The notes: generated by a model from the sequence alone, not told the origin. DNA of 64,000 bases from a bacterium (GCA_963674965.2 CAXXFL010000002.1:544001-608000); one strand, 5' to 3'; positions 50,259-60,485 are shown, counted from the stretch's first letter. Numbers and translations: made by a program.

Positions 50259-51044
50259 ATGAAAAATATTAAGTGCATTTTTATTCTGGCCATTTTATCC
50301 GTTCCCTTTTTGGTTATGGGCTGCTCCTTGATATCCGAAGTAGTAGATGACGTGGCGGAAATCGCTTTTGGTGAAGATAGCAACTCGAGTGGATCAACTC
50401 AAAAACCACAACAAAGATACTTCCCAGTGACTGATGATAAACTCAATGATCCAGACAATTGGCGTTGTTATACATGCCCCCGGTGTAAAGGAGGAGGTTG
50501 CTATTACGAATGTTATCAGCAGAATATTCAATCCGGCGGAGGATACGCACCTTGCGAAAATTTAAATTTCGCCAGCGGATGGTGCTATCCTGGAACCGCC
50601 AGGACCGGCATATGTCCCATTTGTGGAGGCAAAGGCAAAGTTTGTGAAAAAAAACAAACGTCCCAACAAGCGACAACTAATACCAGTAATGGCTGCAAAT
50701 ATGAAACCTGTCCCATGTGTGGTGGCAGCGGCGGTTATTGCAGGTCAGGGTCAAAGGATTGCACCAAATTTTCAAGCGATTTTTTAAAATGTAGTAAATG
50801 CAACGGTAGCGGAAAAATTAAAATTTGTGGAAATGGCAAGACTTCCACTCCGAAGAAACAAGTAATCACCGTTACTAAGAACGCTAATATTCGTAGCGGA
50901 CCTGGCACAAACTATAGTATCCTGGGAACTCTTAAACCTGGCGTAAATGTAAACCTAATTAATGAAAAAGGAGAATGGGTTGAAATAGAGTATAGTAGCG
51001 GAAAAAGAGGCTGGATACATTCAAGCTTAGTTGCATACTACTAA
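50259..51044 (+). CDS. AT-rich lipoprotein gene: four CxxCxGxG motifs + C-terminal SH3b domain
   Basis: AGAGGA SD; lipobox LVMG-C; CPRCKGGG, CPICGGKG, CPMCGGSG and CSKCNGSG; ANIRSGPGTNY...GWIHSSLV. Confidence 0.8.
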   Translation: MKNIKCIFILAILSVPFLVMGCSLISEVVDDVAEIAFGEDSNSSGSTQKPQQRYFPVTDDKLNDPDNWRCYTCPRCKGGGCYYECYQQNIQSGGGYAPCENLNFASGWCYPGTARTGICPICGGKGKVCEKKQTSQQATTNTSNGCKYETCPMCGGSGGYCRSGSKDCTKFSSDFLKCSKCNGSGKIKICGNGKTSTPKKQVITVTKNANIRSGPGTNYSILGTLKPGVNVNLINEKGEWVEIEYSSGKRGWIHSSLVAYY

Positions 51045-51104
51045 CTCAAACGGTTAAAATTACGCGCGTATAACTAATCAAGCGCGTGGCATGCATTATT
51101 GAAT

Positions 51105-51677
51105 TTATATAATCTCCGCCATTTTCAGGAGATTGGCGGCGAAGTCCACTCCTTCCTCTCTGGACCTCTCGAGCCGTATGACGATCAGGGGTTTGCCGTC
51201 CTTTTCGTCGAACCCCATTGAGGTCCCTTTTTCCGGGAAGACGCGGCTGGCGCCGAGGGTCATGCATTTTTTGGGGACGCTGAGCCCATGCAAGGTTTCG
51301 GCCTCCGGCAAAAGGGAAGGAGAAAGATAAAGGACGCTGACGCCCTTTTCGTCCAGCCATTTCGCCAGATTCTCTTCCCCATCGTATTTCTTTATTACCG
51401 TATCATGGTCCAAACCGTTTATCTTTTTGCCTTTATAGGCGTCAAAGGAAGATTTCAACTCCTCGGCGTGGCCGAGGTCGGCGTCGGAATAAATCAGTCC
51501 TATCACTACTTTGCCGCCGGAGCGGGCCTCGAGGTTGCGGTCGAAGGTCAGCACTTTCAAAGTAAGCACGGCGACCGTGTCCGAACTCACGGATTGATTG
51601 GCATGGGCCCCGGGGGCCATGCCCGAGAACGCCAGGGCAACAAAGGTCAAAAGCGCGAACGATATTATTTTTTTCAA
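51105..51677 (-). CDS. YfiR/HmsC-like (DUF4154) periplasmic protein
   Basis: Signal peptide; LKVLTFDRNL; C-terminal IRLERSREEGVDFAANLLKMAEII; GGAGGGAGG SD before a TTG start. Confidence 0.7.
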   Translation of the reverse strand: MKKIISFALLTFVALAFSGMAPGAHANQSVSSDTVAVLTLKVLTFDRNLEARSGGKVVIGLIYSDADLGHAEELKSSFDAYKGKKINGLDHDTVIKKYDGEENLAKWLDEKGVSVLYLSPSLLPEAETLHGLSVPKKCMTLGASRVFPEKGTSMGFDEKDGKPLIVIRLERSREEGVDFAANLLKMAEII

Positions 51678-51937
51678 TTCTCCTCCCTCCGCGTAAGCGC
51701 CGATATGGTGGAGTCAAATAGCGCGTTTATTTACTGCTAACGCCTTATAGAGCAAATATCGTGCTAAGGAAAGAAAAATATAGATAAAATATATTTTTGT
51801 TTAAAAACGGCGGCTTGTCAGAAAATAAAACGGATTCGGGCTTGATGAGCCAATTTTCGTGCCGCCAATATGGAATGTTATTCCATCGGAGTGCATCTTT
51901 TTGTGTCACCCTGGTGGCGACGAGGGAATTTTTAACG

Positions 51938-53338
51938 CTATCTTCTTCTCGGGACCCCTTTCTCAAGGGTCTTTGTCCAATTTTTCAGCCTGTTTCCAAG
52001 GTCTTCGGCCACGTCGGGATAAAGTTTCCTGACGTCGAAAGACTCGCTTGGATCGATCTCCATATCGAAAAGCATGGGACCTTTTTTCATGACCGAGTAG
52101 TTCGCGGTCCAGCAGGAGTGCCTCTTATGGTATTTCCAGCGCGGTGTCCTTATGCCCACTATCTTGTCGGCCCCGAGTCCGCCGTGGAAATAGAGTTCTT
52201 CATGGGGAGTGTCCGACTTTCCCGCGAGCATGGGCAAAATATTCTTGCCGTCGATGGGCCGGTCGCCGGGCGGCTCCAGCCCGGCCAGGGAAAGGGACGT
52301 GGTGAAAAGGTCGATATTCATGGCCATCTGGCCGCTGACCGAGCCTGGCGGAATTATTCCGGGAAGGCGGGCTATGCCCGGCACTCTTTGTCCTCCGTCG
52401 AAAAACGATCCTTTCCTGCCGCGTATCCCGGCGGTCCTGCCCTCATACCAGGGGCCGTTGTCCGAGGTGAAGAAAACAAAGGTATTGTCGGAGATGCCGT
52501 GTTGGTCGAGCCGGTCCAAAACCTCGCCCACGCTCCAGTCCAGTTCCTCGACGCAGTCTCCGTACGGACCTCCCCTGGACCTTCCCCTGAACTCGGGCGA
52601 GGCGTGGAGGGGAATGTGGGGGAAAGTGTGGGGCATGTATAAAAGGAAGGGACGGTCATGGTTCTCGTCTATCCAGGCGATGGCCTCCTCGGTGTATTTC
52701 CGGGTGAGATAGTTTTGGTCAACCGGGCTTTTCTCGATGATCTCGTCGTTACGATAGAGGGGAAGAGGGGTCATGTCGTTGGAGTAATGAAGCCCCATGA
52801 AATGGTCGAAGCCCCTGTGGTTGGGCCGGTACCTTTTCATGTCGCCCAGGTGCCACTTGCCTATGCAGCAGGTCTTGTAGCCCGCCTCCCCTACCAGCTC
52901 GGCCAGGGTCAGCTCGTTGACGTTCATGCCCGGTCCCACCATGTTAACGGCGTGGATAAAGGGAGTGGCGGGGTTGCGGATCGGAAAGTAAACTCCTCGA
53001 ATCCCGATCCGGGATGGATACCTTCCCGTCAGAAGTCCGCCACGCGACGGCGAGCACACGGCGGCGCTCGAGTAGAAGGAGGTCAGCCTCACTCCATCCT
53101 CGGCCAGTCCGTCCAGGTTGGGCGTCGAGATGGACTCGCAGCCGTAGCAGCCCAGGTCTCCGTAGCCCATGTCGTCGGCCATAATGATCACGATGTTGGG
53201 CCGAGACGAAACGGAATCGTCCCCCCGCGCCCGGCGCGAGAAAGCCCCGGCCGAAACTCCGGCCCCCGCGGCCAACGCCGTCTTGATAAAGCCCCGCCTT
53301 GGATAGCCTGGTCCCTTCCCGTTTTGTTTTTCCTTCAT
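51938..53338 (-). CDS. Tat-exported sulfatase (Cys-type)
   Basis: PRRGFIK Tat motif, PNIVIIMADD, CSPSRGGLLTGRY, GKWHLG and SDNG. Confidence 0.93.
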   Translation of the reverse strand: MKEKQNGKGPGYPRRGFIKTALAAGAGVSAGAFSRRARGDDSVSSRPNIVIIMADDMGYGDLGCYGCESISTPNLDGLAEDGVRLTSFYSSAAVCSPSRGGLLTGRYPSRIGIRGVYFPIRNPATPFIHAVNMVGPGMNVNELTLAELVGEAGYKTCCIGKWHLGDMKRYRPNHRGFDHFMGLHYSNDMTPLPLYRNDEIIEKSPVDQNYLTRKYTEEAIAWIDENHDRPFLLYMPHTFPHIPLHASPEFRGRSRGGPYGDCVEELDWSVGEVLDRLDQHGISDNTFVFFTSDNGPWYEGRTAGIRGRKGSFFDGGQRVPGIARLPGIIPPGSVSGQMAMNIDLFTTSLSLAGLEPPGDRPIDGKNILPMLAGKSDTPHEELYFHGGLGADKIVGIRTPRWKYHKRHSCWTANYSVMKKGPMLFDMEIDPSESFDVRKLYPDVAEDLGNRLKNWTKTLEKGVPRRR

Positions 53339-53681
53339 CGGCGTCCCTTTCTCTCGCCAATTTATTGGAGGACTTAAATCGCAACCGATTATGGGCCTCT
53401 TGAAAACCACGCCGGTTTTTCCAGCGTGAAATTACTTATCGAAAACGCCAGACCGGCTTCCGCCAGGCCATGGGGCGCGATAATCTTCAACCGGGTGAAC
53501 GGCGCGGGGCCCGTCCTCCAAAAATTCTCGACGCGGCGAATCAAACCGATGAATGAAACCGAGTCGCAATTTACGCGGCCCTCTTTGCCAAGGGGCGAGA
53601 CCTCTGTTAATTTATTATAGTTGCGCGTGAGTTACAATCCCTCGCGGATTTGCTCCATCAATGAACGGGAAGGGGAAAAAA

Positions 53682-53870
53682 ATGGGTCTTGATCCTATCC
53701 TTCTGGAAAAACTGGTTTGCCCCAAATGCAAGGGCGAGCTTTCGGTTTTCGGCGACGACGAGGGGCTTGACTGCAAGGCCTGCGGTCTCAGATACCCGGT
53801 CGAGAAGTACGGCGAGGACGTATGGGTCCCGAACATGATCATCGAGCACGCCAAGCCCGTCGGGGAATAA
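53682..53870 (+). CDS. Trm112/YcaR-like protein
   Basis: LLEKLVCPKCKGEL..L.CKACGLRYPV..VPNMI; typical neighbour of LPS/KDO genes. Confidence 0.85.
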   Translation: MGLDPILLEKLVCPKCKGELSVFGDDEGLDCKACGLRYPVEKYGEDVWVPNMIIEHAKPVGE

Positions 53871-53874
53871 AGCC

Positions 53875-54915
53875 TTGGAGGAACTGGGCGACGATCCCGC
53901 CGTTTTGCTGGTCAACACGGCTTTCCTGGGCGACGTCATTCTCTGTACTCCGCTCCTTCGCGCCCTCAAGGCCAAATACCCGGGCGGCGCGCTCACCTTC
54001 ATGGGAACGCCCGCGGGTTGCGAGACCCTCCGGGGAGTTCCCTTTATCGACGACTTGATCCCCTTTGACAAGCGCGGGGGAGAACAGGGCAGAAGGGGGA
54101 CCATCGAGAAGGCCGGGCAATTGAGGGAGAGGGCCTTCGACCTGGCCATCTCCACCCATCCCAGCGCTCGAGCGGCCGTTCTTCTCGCCATGGCCGGAAT
54201 AAAAAGGCGCGTGGGCTTCGCCACCTCCGACCTTCCCTGGCTTTACCACGAGCGGGTCCCTCGCTTTCCCGACGTCCATGAGGTCGAAAGGGACCTGGCG
54301 CTTCTCGGTCCGCTGGGAGGTCCACCCGCTGGTTTCAGGCCGGACCTCAGCCTCGCCCGGCCGGAAACCGGAGTCGGGCGGGACTACATCGGCAATGCCT
54401 CGAGGCCCAGGATAGCCCTGTGCCCGGGCAGCGTGTGGCCCACCAAGAGGTGGCGCGCCGCCGGTTTCGCCAGGGTCGCCGATATTCTTCTCGACCGGAC
54501 GGGCGGAACGGTTTTCATTATCGGCTCGAGGGAGGACGAGGCGGCGGCGGCCGAGGTCGAGGCCCTCTCCTCGAAAAAGGTGGCCAACCTGGCGGGAAAA
54601 ACGAGCCTCAAGGAATGGATGGGCCTCATGGCCGGCATGGACCTTATAGTGACCAACGACAGCGCTCCCACCCATATAGCGGGGGCCTATAACGTTCCGG
54701 TGGTGGTTGTATACGGGCCCACCGCGGCGGGGCAGGGGTTTTATCCTCGCGGCCCCGGCGCGGTGGTCGAGGTCCATGACCTCAAGTGCCGGCCATGCGG
54801 AAGACACGGGTCCAAGCGCTGCCCGGAGGGGCACTTCAAATGCATGGAGCTGATTTCCCCCGAGGAGGTGGCCGGGGCCGCCATGCGTCTCCTGAAGGAG
54901 GCGGACAATAAATGA
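53875..54915 (+). CDS. LPS heptosyltransferase (GT9, WaaF-like)
   Basis: FLGDVIL, PGSVWPTKRW, NLAGKTSL, VTNDSAPTH and CRPC..C..GHFKCM. Confidence 0.9.
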   Translation: MEELGDDPAVLLVNTAFLGDVILCTPLLRALKAKYPGGALTFMGTPAGCETLRGVPFIDDLIPFDKRGGEQGRRGTIEKAGQLRERAFDLAISTHPSARAAVLLAMAGIKRRVGFATSDLPWLYHERVPRFPDVHEVERDLALLGPLGGPPAGFRPDLSLARPETGVGRDYIGNASRPRIALCPGSVWPTKRWRAAGFARVADILLDRTGGTVFIIGSREDEAAAAEVEALSSKKVANLAGKTSLKEWMGLMAGMDLIVTNDSAPTHIAGAYNVPVVVVYGPTAAGQGFYPRGPGAVVEVHDLKCRPCGRHGSKRCPEGHFKCMELISPEEVAGAAMRLLKEADNK

Positions 54916-55673
54916 AGCGCCAGCCTTTCTCAGCCTCGATAGTCTGCATGAACGAGGAGGACCGGATACGCGAATGTCTCGAGAGCGTAAGGTTCGCCGA
55001 CGAGATAGTGGTGGTCGACTCGGGAAGCTCGGACAACACCGTGTCCATCGCCCGGGAGTATACCGAGAGGGTTTTACACCACCACTGGCCGGGCATGAGG
55101 GGACAGCGGGAGTGGGCCGCCGGGCAATGTTCTCATGAGTGGGTCCTTTCCCTCGACGCCGACGAAAGGGTCAGCCCCGAGCTTCGGGCCGAGATCGAGT
55201 CGGTCCTCGCCCGTCCCCGCCTCGAGGCCTCCGGCTTCACCATGCCCAGAAAAACCTTTTACCAGGGGAGATGGATACTCCATGGAGGCTGGTACCCGGA
55301 CAGGAAGCTGCGTTTTTACAGGCGGGAGGCAGCGCGTTTCCTGGGCAGGGACCCTCACGACGCGATCGAGGTCGAGGGCGAGGTCGAGGCGCTGAGGGGC
55401 GACCTCCTTCATTACACCTATCGCGACCTGGACCATCACGCCCGGAGGCTGGTAAGCCACGCCCTGGTCAACGCCGAGAGCAAGCGGGAAGCGGGCCAGC
55501 GATTCGCCATGTCCGACCTCCTGCTTCGTCCGCCTTTCGCCTTTTTCAAGTCCTACGTGATAAAGCTCGGGCTGCTCGAGGGCATGCCCGGGTTCCTCAT
55601 CGCCTCGATGATGGGCTATTACACCTTCCTCAAGTACGCCAGGATGTGGGAAATGGAAAGGGAGTCCAAATGA
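54912..55673 (+). CDS. GT2 glycosyltransferase (WaaE/KdtX-like, LPS core)
   Basis: NEEDRIRECLES, VVDSGSSD, LDADERV, WYPD and HYTY. Confidence 0.9.
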   Translation: MKRQPFSASIVCMNEEDRIRECLESVRFADEIVVVDSGSSDNTVSIAREYTERVLHHHWPGMRGQREWAAGQCSHEWVLSLDADERVSPELRAEIESVLARPRLEASGFTMPRKTFYQGRWILHGGWYPDRKLRFYRREAARFLGRDPHDAIEVEGEVEALRGDLLHYTYRDLDHHARRLVSHALVNAESKREAGQRFAMSDLLLRPPFAFFKSYVIKLGLLEGMPGFLIASMMGYYTFLKYARMWEMERESK

Positions 55674-57298
55674 GCCGGGCCGGGTCGGACGGCTTCACCC
55701 GGAAACGGGTGGGCGCCGTTTGGTGGAGACTGGCCCCGGGCATGGACGAGGCCCTGTTGCCCATACTCGAGGACTTGGGAAAACGGCGGGAGTACCATCC
55801 CGCCCTCGGGGAGATCGGGACATCCTCGGTCAAGTCGGTGCGGAGGATCAAGGCCAATCGCCCGGGCCTGGCCGGGGAATTGACGGTCAAGACCTATTCC
55901 GAGTCGTCCCCCTTCTCGACGCTGACGGGGACCGCGGCGGCCTCGGCGGAAAAGGAATGGGAAATGGCCCGGGAGCACTCGAGGAGGGGACTGCCCGCTC
56001 CTTCCCATTTAGCCATGGGCAAGAGGAAGGGTAAATGGGGAGCGCGGGAGTACATCCTCATACTCGAGTCGCCGACCTCGCATGAGAGGTTCGACGATTT
56101 TTTCCGGACCACCTTCCGTCCCGAGCTTCCCAGCGCCAGGCCCATGGACAAGAGGCGGGTCATATCCGATCTTGCCGGCCTTTTGCGCCGCATGCACGAC
56201 CGGGGCATCTCGAGGCCCAAGATCGAGCCGGGCAATATACTGGCCGCCCCCCGCTCGGGCGGCGGGGTGCATTTTATTTTCGTGGACCTGGGACAGTCCC
56301 TGGTCAGGAGATCCAAAAAAGGGATTTCCGTCGAGGAAAGGACCCTCGAGCTGGCCAGGTTCCATAAAAGCTTCTCCCCCCTGTTCAGCCAGGGATACAG
56401 GATCAGGTTCTACAGGGAATATTTCAGTCCCGATAACCTGTCCTCCCGGGAGTTCCGCGAGCTGGTCAAAAAAATCGTGGACCTCTCGGCCCGGCTGGCC
56501 ATACGGGACGAGCCGGGCGTCGAAAAAAAAGTCAGGCAAAGGGTCGATCCCTACTTCTGGTTCGTGACCCGCGACCACCGCGTGTTCCTTAGAAAACCCG
56601 TCTACCAGAACTCGATCATCGAGTCCCTGGACAAGCTCGAGGCCGCCGAGAACAGGGTCCGGATCAGGATCAAGATGATCCGCGACGCCAACATGATCGA
56701 GGTCATGGCGAGAAAGCTCTCGCCGCCTCCCGACCGCGCTCGCGGCGTGGCGGGAGCGGCCGAGTGGGCCTTCATCATGAGCGCCATCATGGAGCACCAC
56801 GGCGTGTCCCATTATCGGGTCATGGCCGCCATCGAGCCCAAGGGGGACCAGGGGGGGATAACCCTCGAGATTCCCCCCGGCCGCGGCGAGTACAACCTGG
56901 CCGAGTACCTGGCGCGCAAGGTGGCCGAGGAATTCTCCGGCGCGCCCTGGGACCGAAGGTTCCTCATTCGGGTGGCGAGTTTCCTGCTCAACCTGCACAA
57001 CCTGGGATGGCGTTTTCCCCAGCCGTCGGGCGACGACCTTTGGGTCCGGTACACCGAGGAGGGGACCCATGAAATCCGCCTATCCAACCTCCAGAGAATG
57101 AGAAGGTTCAACCCGTCCGACGCCGAGGAAAGGCTAAGGAACCTTTTGGCCCTTCGCCTGGCCCTTCCCATTTCCCAGTCCGACGGGATAGTGCTGGCGG
57201 AGGAATACCTCCGGTTCTCGCGGGCCCACTCCAGCGACCGGCCCGGATGGAGAAAGAGGTTCCTCGAATGGCAGCTTGGAAGCGCGAGCGCGACTTGA
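55670..57298 (+). CDS. Tandem LPS-kinase-like (Kdo/WaaP/InaA) protein with degenerate catalytic loops
   Basis: AEKEW..RGLPAP, LAGLLRRMHDRGI..GNIL..FVDL, plus a second more divergent copy; ATGA overlap with the upstream gene. Confidence 0.7.
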   Translation: MSRAGSDGFTRKRVGAVWWRLAPGMDEALLPILEDLGKRREYHPALGEIGTSSVKSVRRIKANRPGLAGELTVKTYSESSPFSTLTGTAAASAEKEWEMAREHSRRGLPAPSHLAMGKRKGKWGAREYILILESPTSHERFDDFFRTTFRPELPSARPMDKRRVISDLAGLLRRMHDRGISRPKIEPGNILAAPRSGGGVHFIFVDLGQSLVRRSKKGISVEERTLELARFHKSFSPLFSQGYRIRFYREYFSPDNLSSREFRELVKKIVDLSARLAIRDEPGVEKKVRQRVDPYFWFVTRDHRVFLRKPVYQNSIIESLDKLEAAENRVRIRIKMIRDANMIEVMARKLSPPPDRARGVAGAAEWAFIMSAIMEHHGVSHYRVMAAIEPKGDQGGITLEIPPGRGEYNLAEYLARKVAEEFSGAPWDRRFLIRVASFLLNLHNLGWRFPQPSGDDLWVRYTEEGTHEIRLSNLQRMRRFNPSDAEERLRNLLALRLALPISQSDGIVLAEEYLRFSRAHSSDRPGWRKRFLEWQLGSASAT

Positions 57299-57335
57299 GC
57301 CCGGCTCCGATTATAATAAGAAACGAGATCGAGTA

Positions 57336-58454
57336 ATGAGAATACTTTTAGCCGCTCACATAAAATGGTACAACGCCGAGGCCGAGTACGTTCATCGCCT
57401 GGCCTTAAGGCTGATCCGGATGGGACACGAGCCCCTTGTCTGGGGAAAGAAGGACTCTCCCCTATTGCGGAGGGCTTCCGCCTCGGGCGTTTCCACTTAC
57501 GGCGAGGGAGACCCCTCCTCCATCGGCCCCGGGCCGGCCGGCCGGGCGGCCGCGGCCTTGTCCCATCTGGTCCGGCGGGGAGGGTTCGAGGTGGTCGACT
57601 TCCACCGCTCGGAGGGATACCCCCTCCTGGCCCGAGCGGCCAAAAGAGCGGGGGCCGCCGTGGTCCGCACCCGCGCGGACATGCGGCCCTTCAAGTTCGC
57701 CGCCGTTAACGGGATGATCCACCGCTCCCTGACCGATTACGTGATAACGGGCAACGATCTTCTGCGCGACAACTTTATCCTCCGCCTGGGGTATCCGGCC
57801 GAGCGGGTGGCGACGGCCAGGTTCGGTATCGACCCCGGCGAGGTCAGGCCGTCCATAAGCGAGGAGAAAGCCCGGGCCGAGCTCGGGCTTACCGCCTCGG
57901 ACAAGGTCGTGGGAATAATGGGCAGGCTGGGGCCGGTCAAGGGACAGGAGTTCGTTTTGCGCGCGGCCGGCAAGATTCTCGCCTCCGAGCCGCTGACGCG
58001 GTTCCTGGTGATATTCAATCACCATGAGGAGAGCGACAAGTTTCTTCCCGAGCTTAGGCGCTCTCCCTACCAGGATAAATTCACGCTGGCGGGCACTCGG
58101 GAAAACCCGGCCGACGTCATGCAGGTTTGCCGGGCGGCGATCATTCCCTCCGTGGGCAGCGAGGCCCATTGTCGGGTGGCACTCGAGTGGATGGACATGG
58201 GCGTGCCGGTGATAGGCTCGAGGGTCGGCGTCATACCGGAGCTCATCGATCACGGGGACACGGGCTACCTGGTCCAGCCCCGCTATTCCGACGCCATCGC
58301 CGAGTGCGCTCTCCAGCTTCTTAAGTACCCCGAGCGGGCCCGCGCCATGGGCCTGGCCGGCCAAAAGAAGCTGGCGGCCGAGTTCAGCCTGGACAAGACC
58401 GCCGAGGACAACGTGGACGCCTTCGAGCGGGCCGTCCGTCTGGCGAGGAGATGA
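57336..58454 (+). CDS. Glycosyltransferase family 4
   Basis: GRLGPVKGQ, PSVGSEAHCRVALEWM, GVPVIGSRVGVIPELI and TGYLV. Confidence 0.88.
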   Translation: MRILLAAHIKWYNAEAEYVHRLALRLIRMGHEPLVWGKKDSPLLRRASASGVSTYGEGDPSSIGPGPAGRAAAALSHLVRRGGFEVVDFHRSEGYPLLARAAKRAGAAVVRTRADMRPFKFAAVNGMIHRSLTDYVITGNDLLRDNFILRLGYPAERVATARFGIDPGEVRPSISEEKARAELGLTASDKVVGIMGRLGPVKGQEFVLRAAGKILASEPLTRFLVIFNHHEESDKFLPELRRSPYQDKFTLAGTRENPADVMQVCRAAIIPSVGSEAHCRVALEWMDMGVPVIGSRVGVIPELIDHGDTGYLVQPRYSDAIAECALQLLKYPERARAMGLAGQKKLAAEFSLDKTAEDNVDAFERAVRLARR

Positions 58455-58516
58455 TTGACGCCCGGCTTGGCGTCTGTTGTAATTATAAGGACTTGCGGTA
58501 CAAGGAGGATTAAAGG

Positions 58517-59299
58517 ATGTATTTCGCGGGAGTTGACGTAGGCTCCATATCGGCCGAGGTCGTGATAATCGACGAGACCGGCCAAGTCGCGGGCCAGGCC
58601 ATCGGCTACACCGGGGCCAACAGCGTGGCGGCCAGCGAGCGCACCCTCGAGGAGGCGCTGGCCAAGGCCGGGATTAAAAAGGAAGACATTAAAAGGGTGG
58701 TGAGCACCGGCTACGGTCGGGAACGCGTTCCCTACGCCGACGACAAGGTCACGGAGATAACCTGCCACGGGAGGGGAGCGGTGCATCTGTTCCCCGAGAC
58801 CAGGACCGTGATCGACATCGGCGGCCAGGACAGCAAGGCCATCAGCATCGACGAGAACGGGCGGGTGCAGAACTTCCAGATGAACGACAAGTGCGCCGCG
58901 GGCACCGGCCGTTTTCTCGAGGTCATGGCCCGGGCGCTCGAGGTAGACCTGGTTGACATGGGAAATCTCGGGCTGGCCAGCGAAAAGGACGTTTCGGTCA
59001 GCTCGGTTTGCACGGTCTTCGCCGAGAGCGAGGTGGTTGGCCTCATCCACCAGGGCACGGACAAAAAGGACATCATCAACGGCATCCACAAGGCGGTGGC
59101 GGACAGGACCCGCGCCCTGGCCGGGCGGGTGGGGATAAAACCCATGGTGACCATGACCGGCGGCGTGGCCAAGAACCCCGGCGTGGTCAAGGTGCTCGAG
59201 AACAAGATCGGCGAGAAGCTCCATATCCCGGAGGAGCCGCAAACGGTCGGGGCCCTGGGAGCGGCGCTTATCGCCCGCGACAGGCACGCGGCCGGTTAG
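58517..59299 (+). CDS. 2-hydroxyacyl-CoA dehydratase activase (HgdC/BadFG family ATPase)
   Basis: GVDVGS, TGYGR, EITCH, DIGGQDSK, MNDKCAAGTGRF and CTVFAESE. Confidence 0.93.
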   Translation: MYFAGVDVGSISAEVVIIDETGQVAGQAIGYTGANSVAASERTLEEALAKAGIKKEDIKRVVSTGYGRERVPYADDKVTEITCHGRGAVHLFPETRTVIDIGGQDSKAISIDENGRVQNFQMNDKCAAGTGRFLEVMARALEVDLVDMGNLGLASEKDVSVSSVCTVFAESEVVGLIHQGTDKKDIINGIHKAVADRTRALAGRVGIKPMVTMTGGVAKNPGVVKVLENKIGEKLHIPEEPQTVGALGAALIARDRHAAG

Positions 59300-59321
59300 G
59301 CCGGCGTTGGCCGAGGAAGCA

Positions 59322-60485
59322 ATGATGACGGACGGCGGCCGCGCGGAGACCCGGGAGGTTTTGCTTACCGAGGCGTCTTACGATGACGCCCGGTCGGCCC
59401 TCGACCGCGTGATAGAGGGCCTTGACCTCGAGGACTGGCTCATGGGCCTTAAGGGCAAGAAGGTCTTCGTCAAGCCCAACATGCTGGGGGTGTTTTCTCC
59501 CGATCAACACGCCACCACCCATCCCTCCCTGGTGGCGGCCGCGGTCGGGGTGCTGCGCGAGGTGGGGGCCGAGGTCACGGTGGGAGACAACTGCGGCGTG
59601 GGCGGCTACGGTCTTAACCAGCGGGTGGCCAAGGTGACGGGGATCATGGAGGCCTCCGACGGCGCCTACGTCAACGTGGCCAAGGACATACTGATGGCGA
59701 GGCTCGATTCCCGCTTCATGGACCGCATACCGGTCTCGCGGGCCATGCTCGAGGCCGACGCCCTTATCAGTCTTCCCAAGATGAAGACCCACTCGCTCAC
59801 GGTGGTGACGGGAGGGGTCAAGAACATGTTCGGTCTCGTGGCGGGGGCGGGAAAGGGAAAAGCCCACGGCTCGGCCTGCGGCAACAAGGACTTCGGCGAG
59901 ATGCTGACCTCGATTTACTCGCTGCGCCCTCCCGACCTGACGATCATGGACGCGGTGGTGGCCATGGAGGGAAACGGGCCCTCGGGCGGTCCCCTTAAAA
60001 AAGTCGGCAAGCTCCTGGCCTCGAGAAACGCCGTGGCCCTCGACGCGGTGACCTGCAAGATCATGGGCATCCCGGCCGAGGAGGTCCACCACCTAAGGTA
60101 CGCGAATAAAAAAGGCCTTGGACCCCTCGACCTCGAGTCGATCAGGATCATCGGCTCGGTCCCGGCGGGAGGGAATTTCAAGCTGCCCGTTACCGTTCAC
60201 AAGTACAGCTTTCTGGGAAGGTTTTTCAACCAGAGGTTTTTCCGTCCCCTTTCCAAGACCAGACTGGTCCTGGACCCCTCGAAGTGCAAAAGGTGCGAAA
60301 TATGCGTCCAGGCTTGTCCCACTGGCGCCATGGGCATGGATGGGGACTTTCCCCGCATAGACGAGGGACTTTGTATCAAGTGTCTTTGCTGCCACGAGCT
60401 TTGCCCCGAGCACGCGTGGGATTTCAAGGGTTTATTCAGCCGGTTCATGGGCGGGGGGAGAATGTTTTCATGGAAGAAAGAGTAA
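59322..60485 (+). CDS. DUF362 domain + 4Fe-4S dicluster protein
   Basis: VKPN, TTHP, LPKMKTH, KNMFG, MEGNGP, CKRCEICVQACP and CIKCLCCHELCP. Confidence 0.88.
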   Translation: MMTDGGRAETREVLLTEASYDDARSALDRVIEGLDLEDWLMGLKGKKVFVKPNMLGVFSPDQHATTHPSLVAAAVGVLREVGAEVTVGDNCGVGGYGLNQRVAKVTGIMEASDGAYVNVAKDILMARLDSRFMDRIPVSRAMLEADALISLPKMKTHSLTVVTGGVKNMFGLVAGAGKGKAHGSACGNKDFGEMLTSIYSLRPPDLTIMDAVVAMEGNGPSGGPLKKVGKLLASRNAVALDAVTCKIMGIPAEEVHHLRYANKKGLGPLDLESIRIIGSVPAGGNFKLPVTVHKYSFLGRFFNQRFFRPLSKTRLVLDPSKCKRCEICVQACPTGAMGMDGDFPRIDEGLCIKCLCCHELCPEHAWDFKGLFSRFMGGGRMFSWKKE

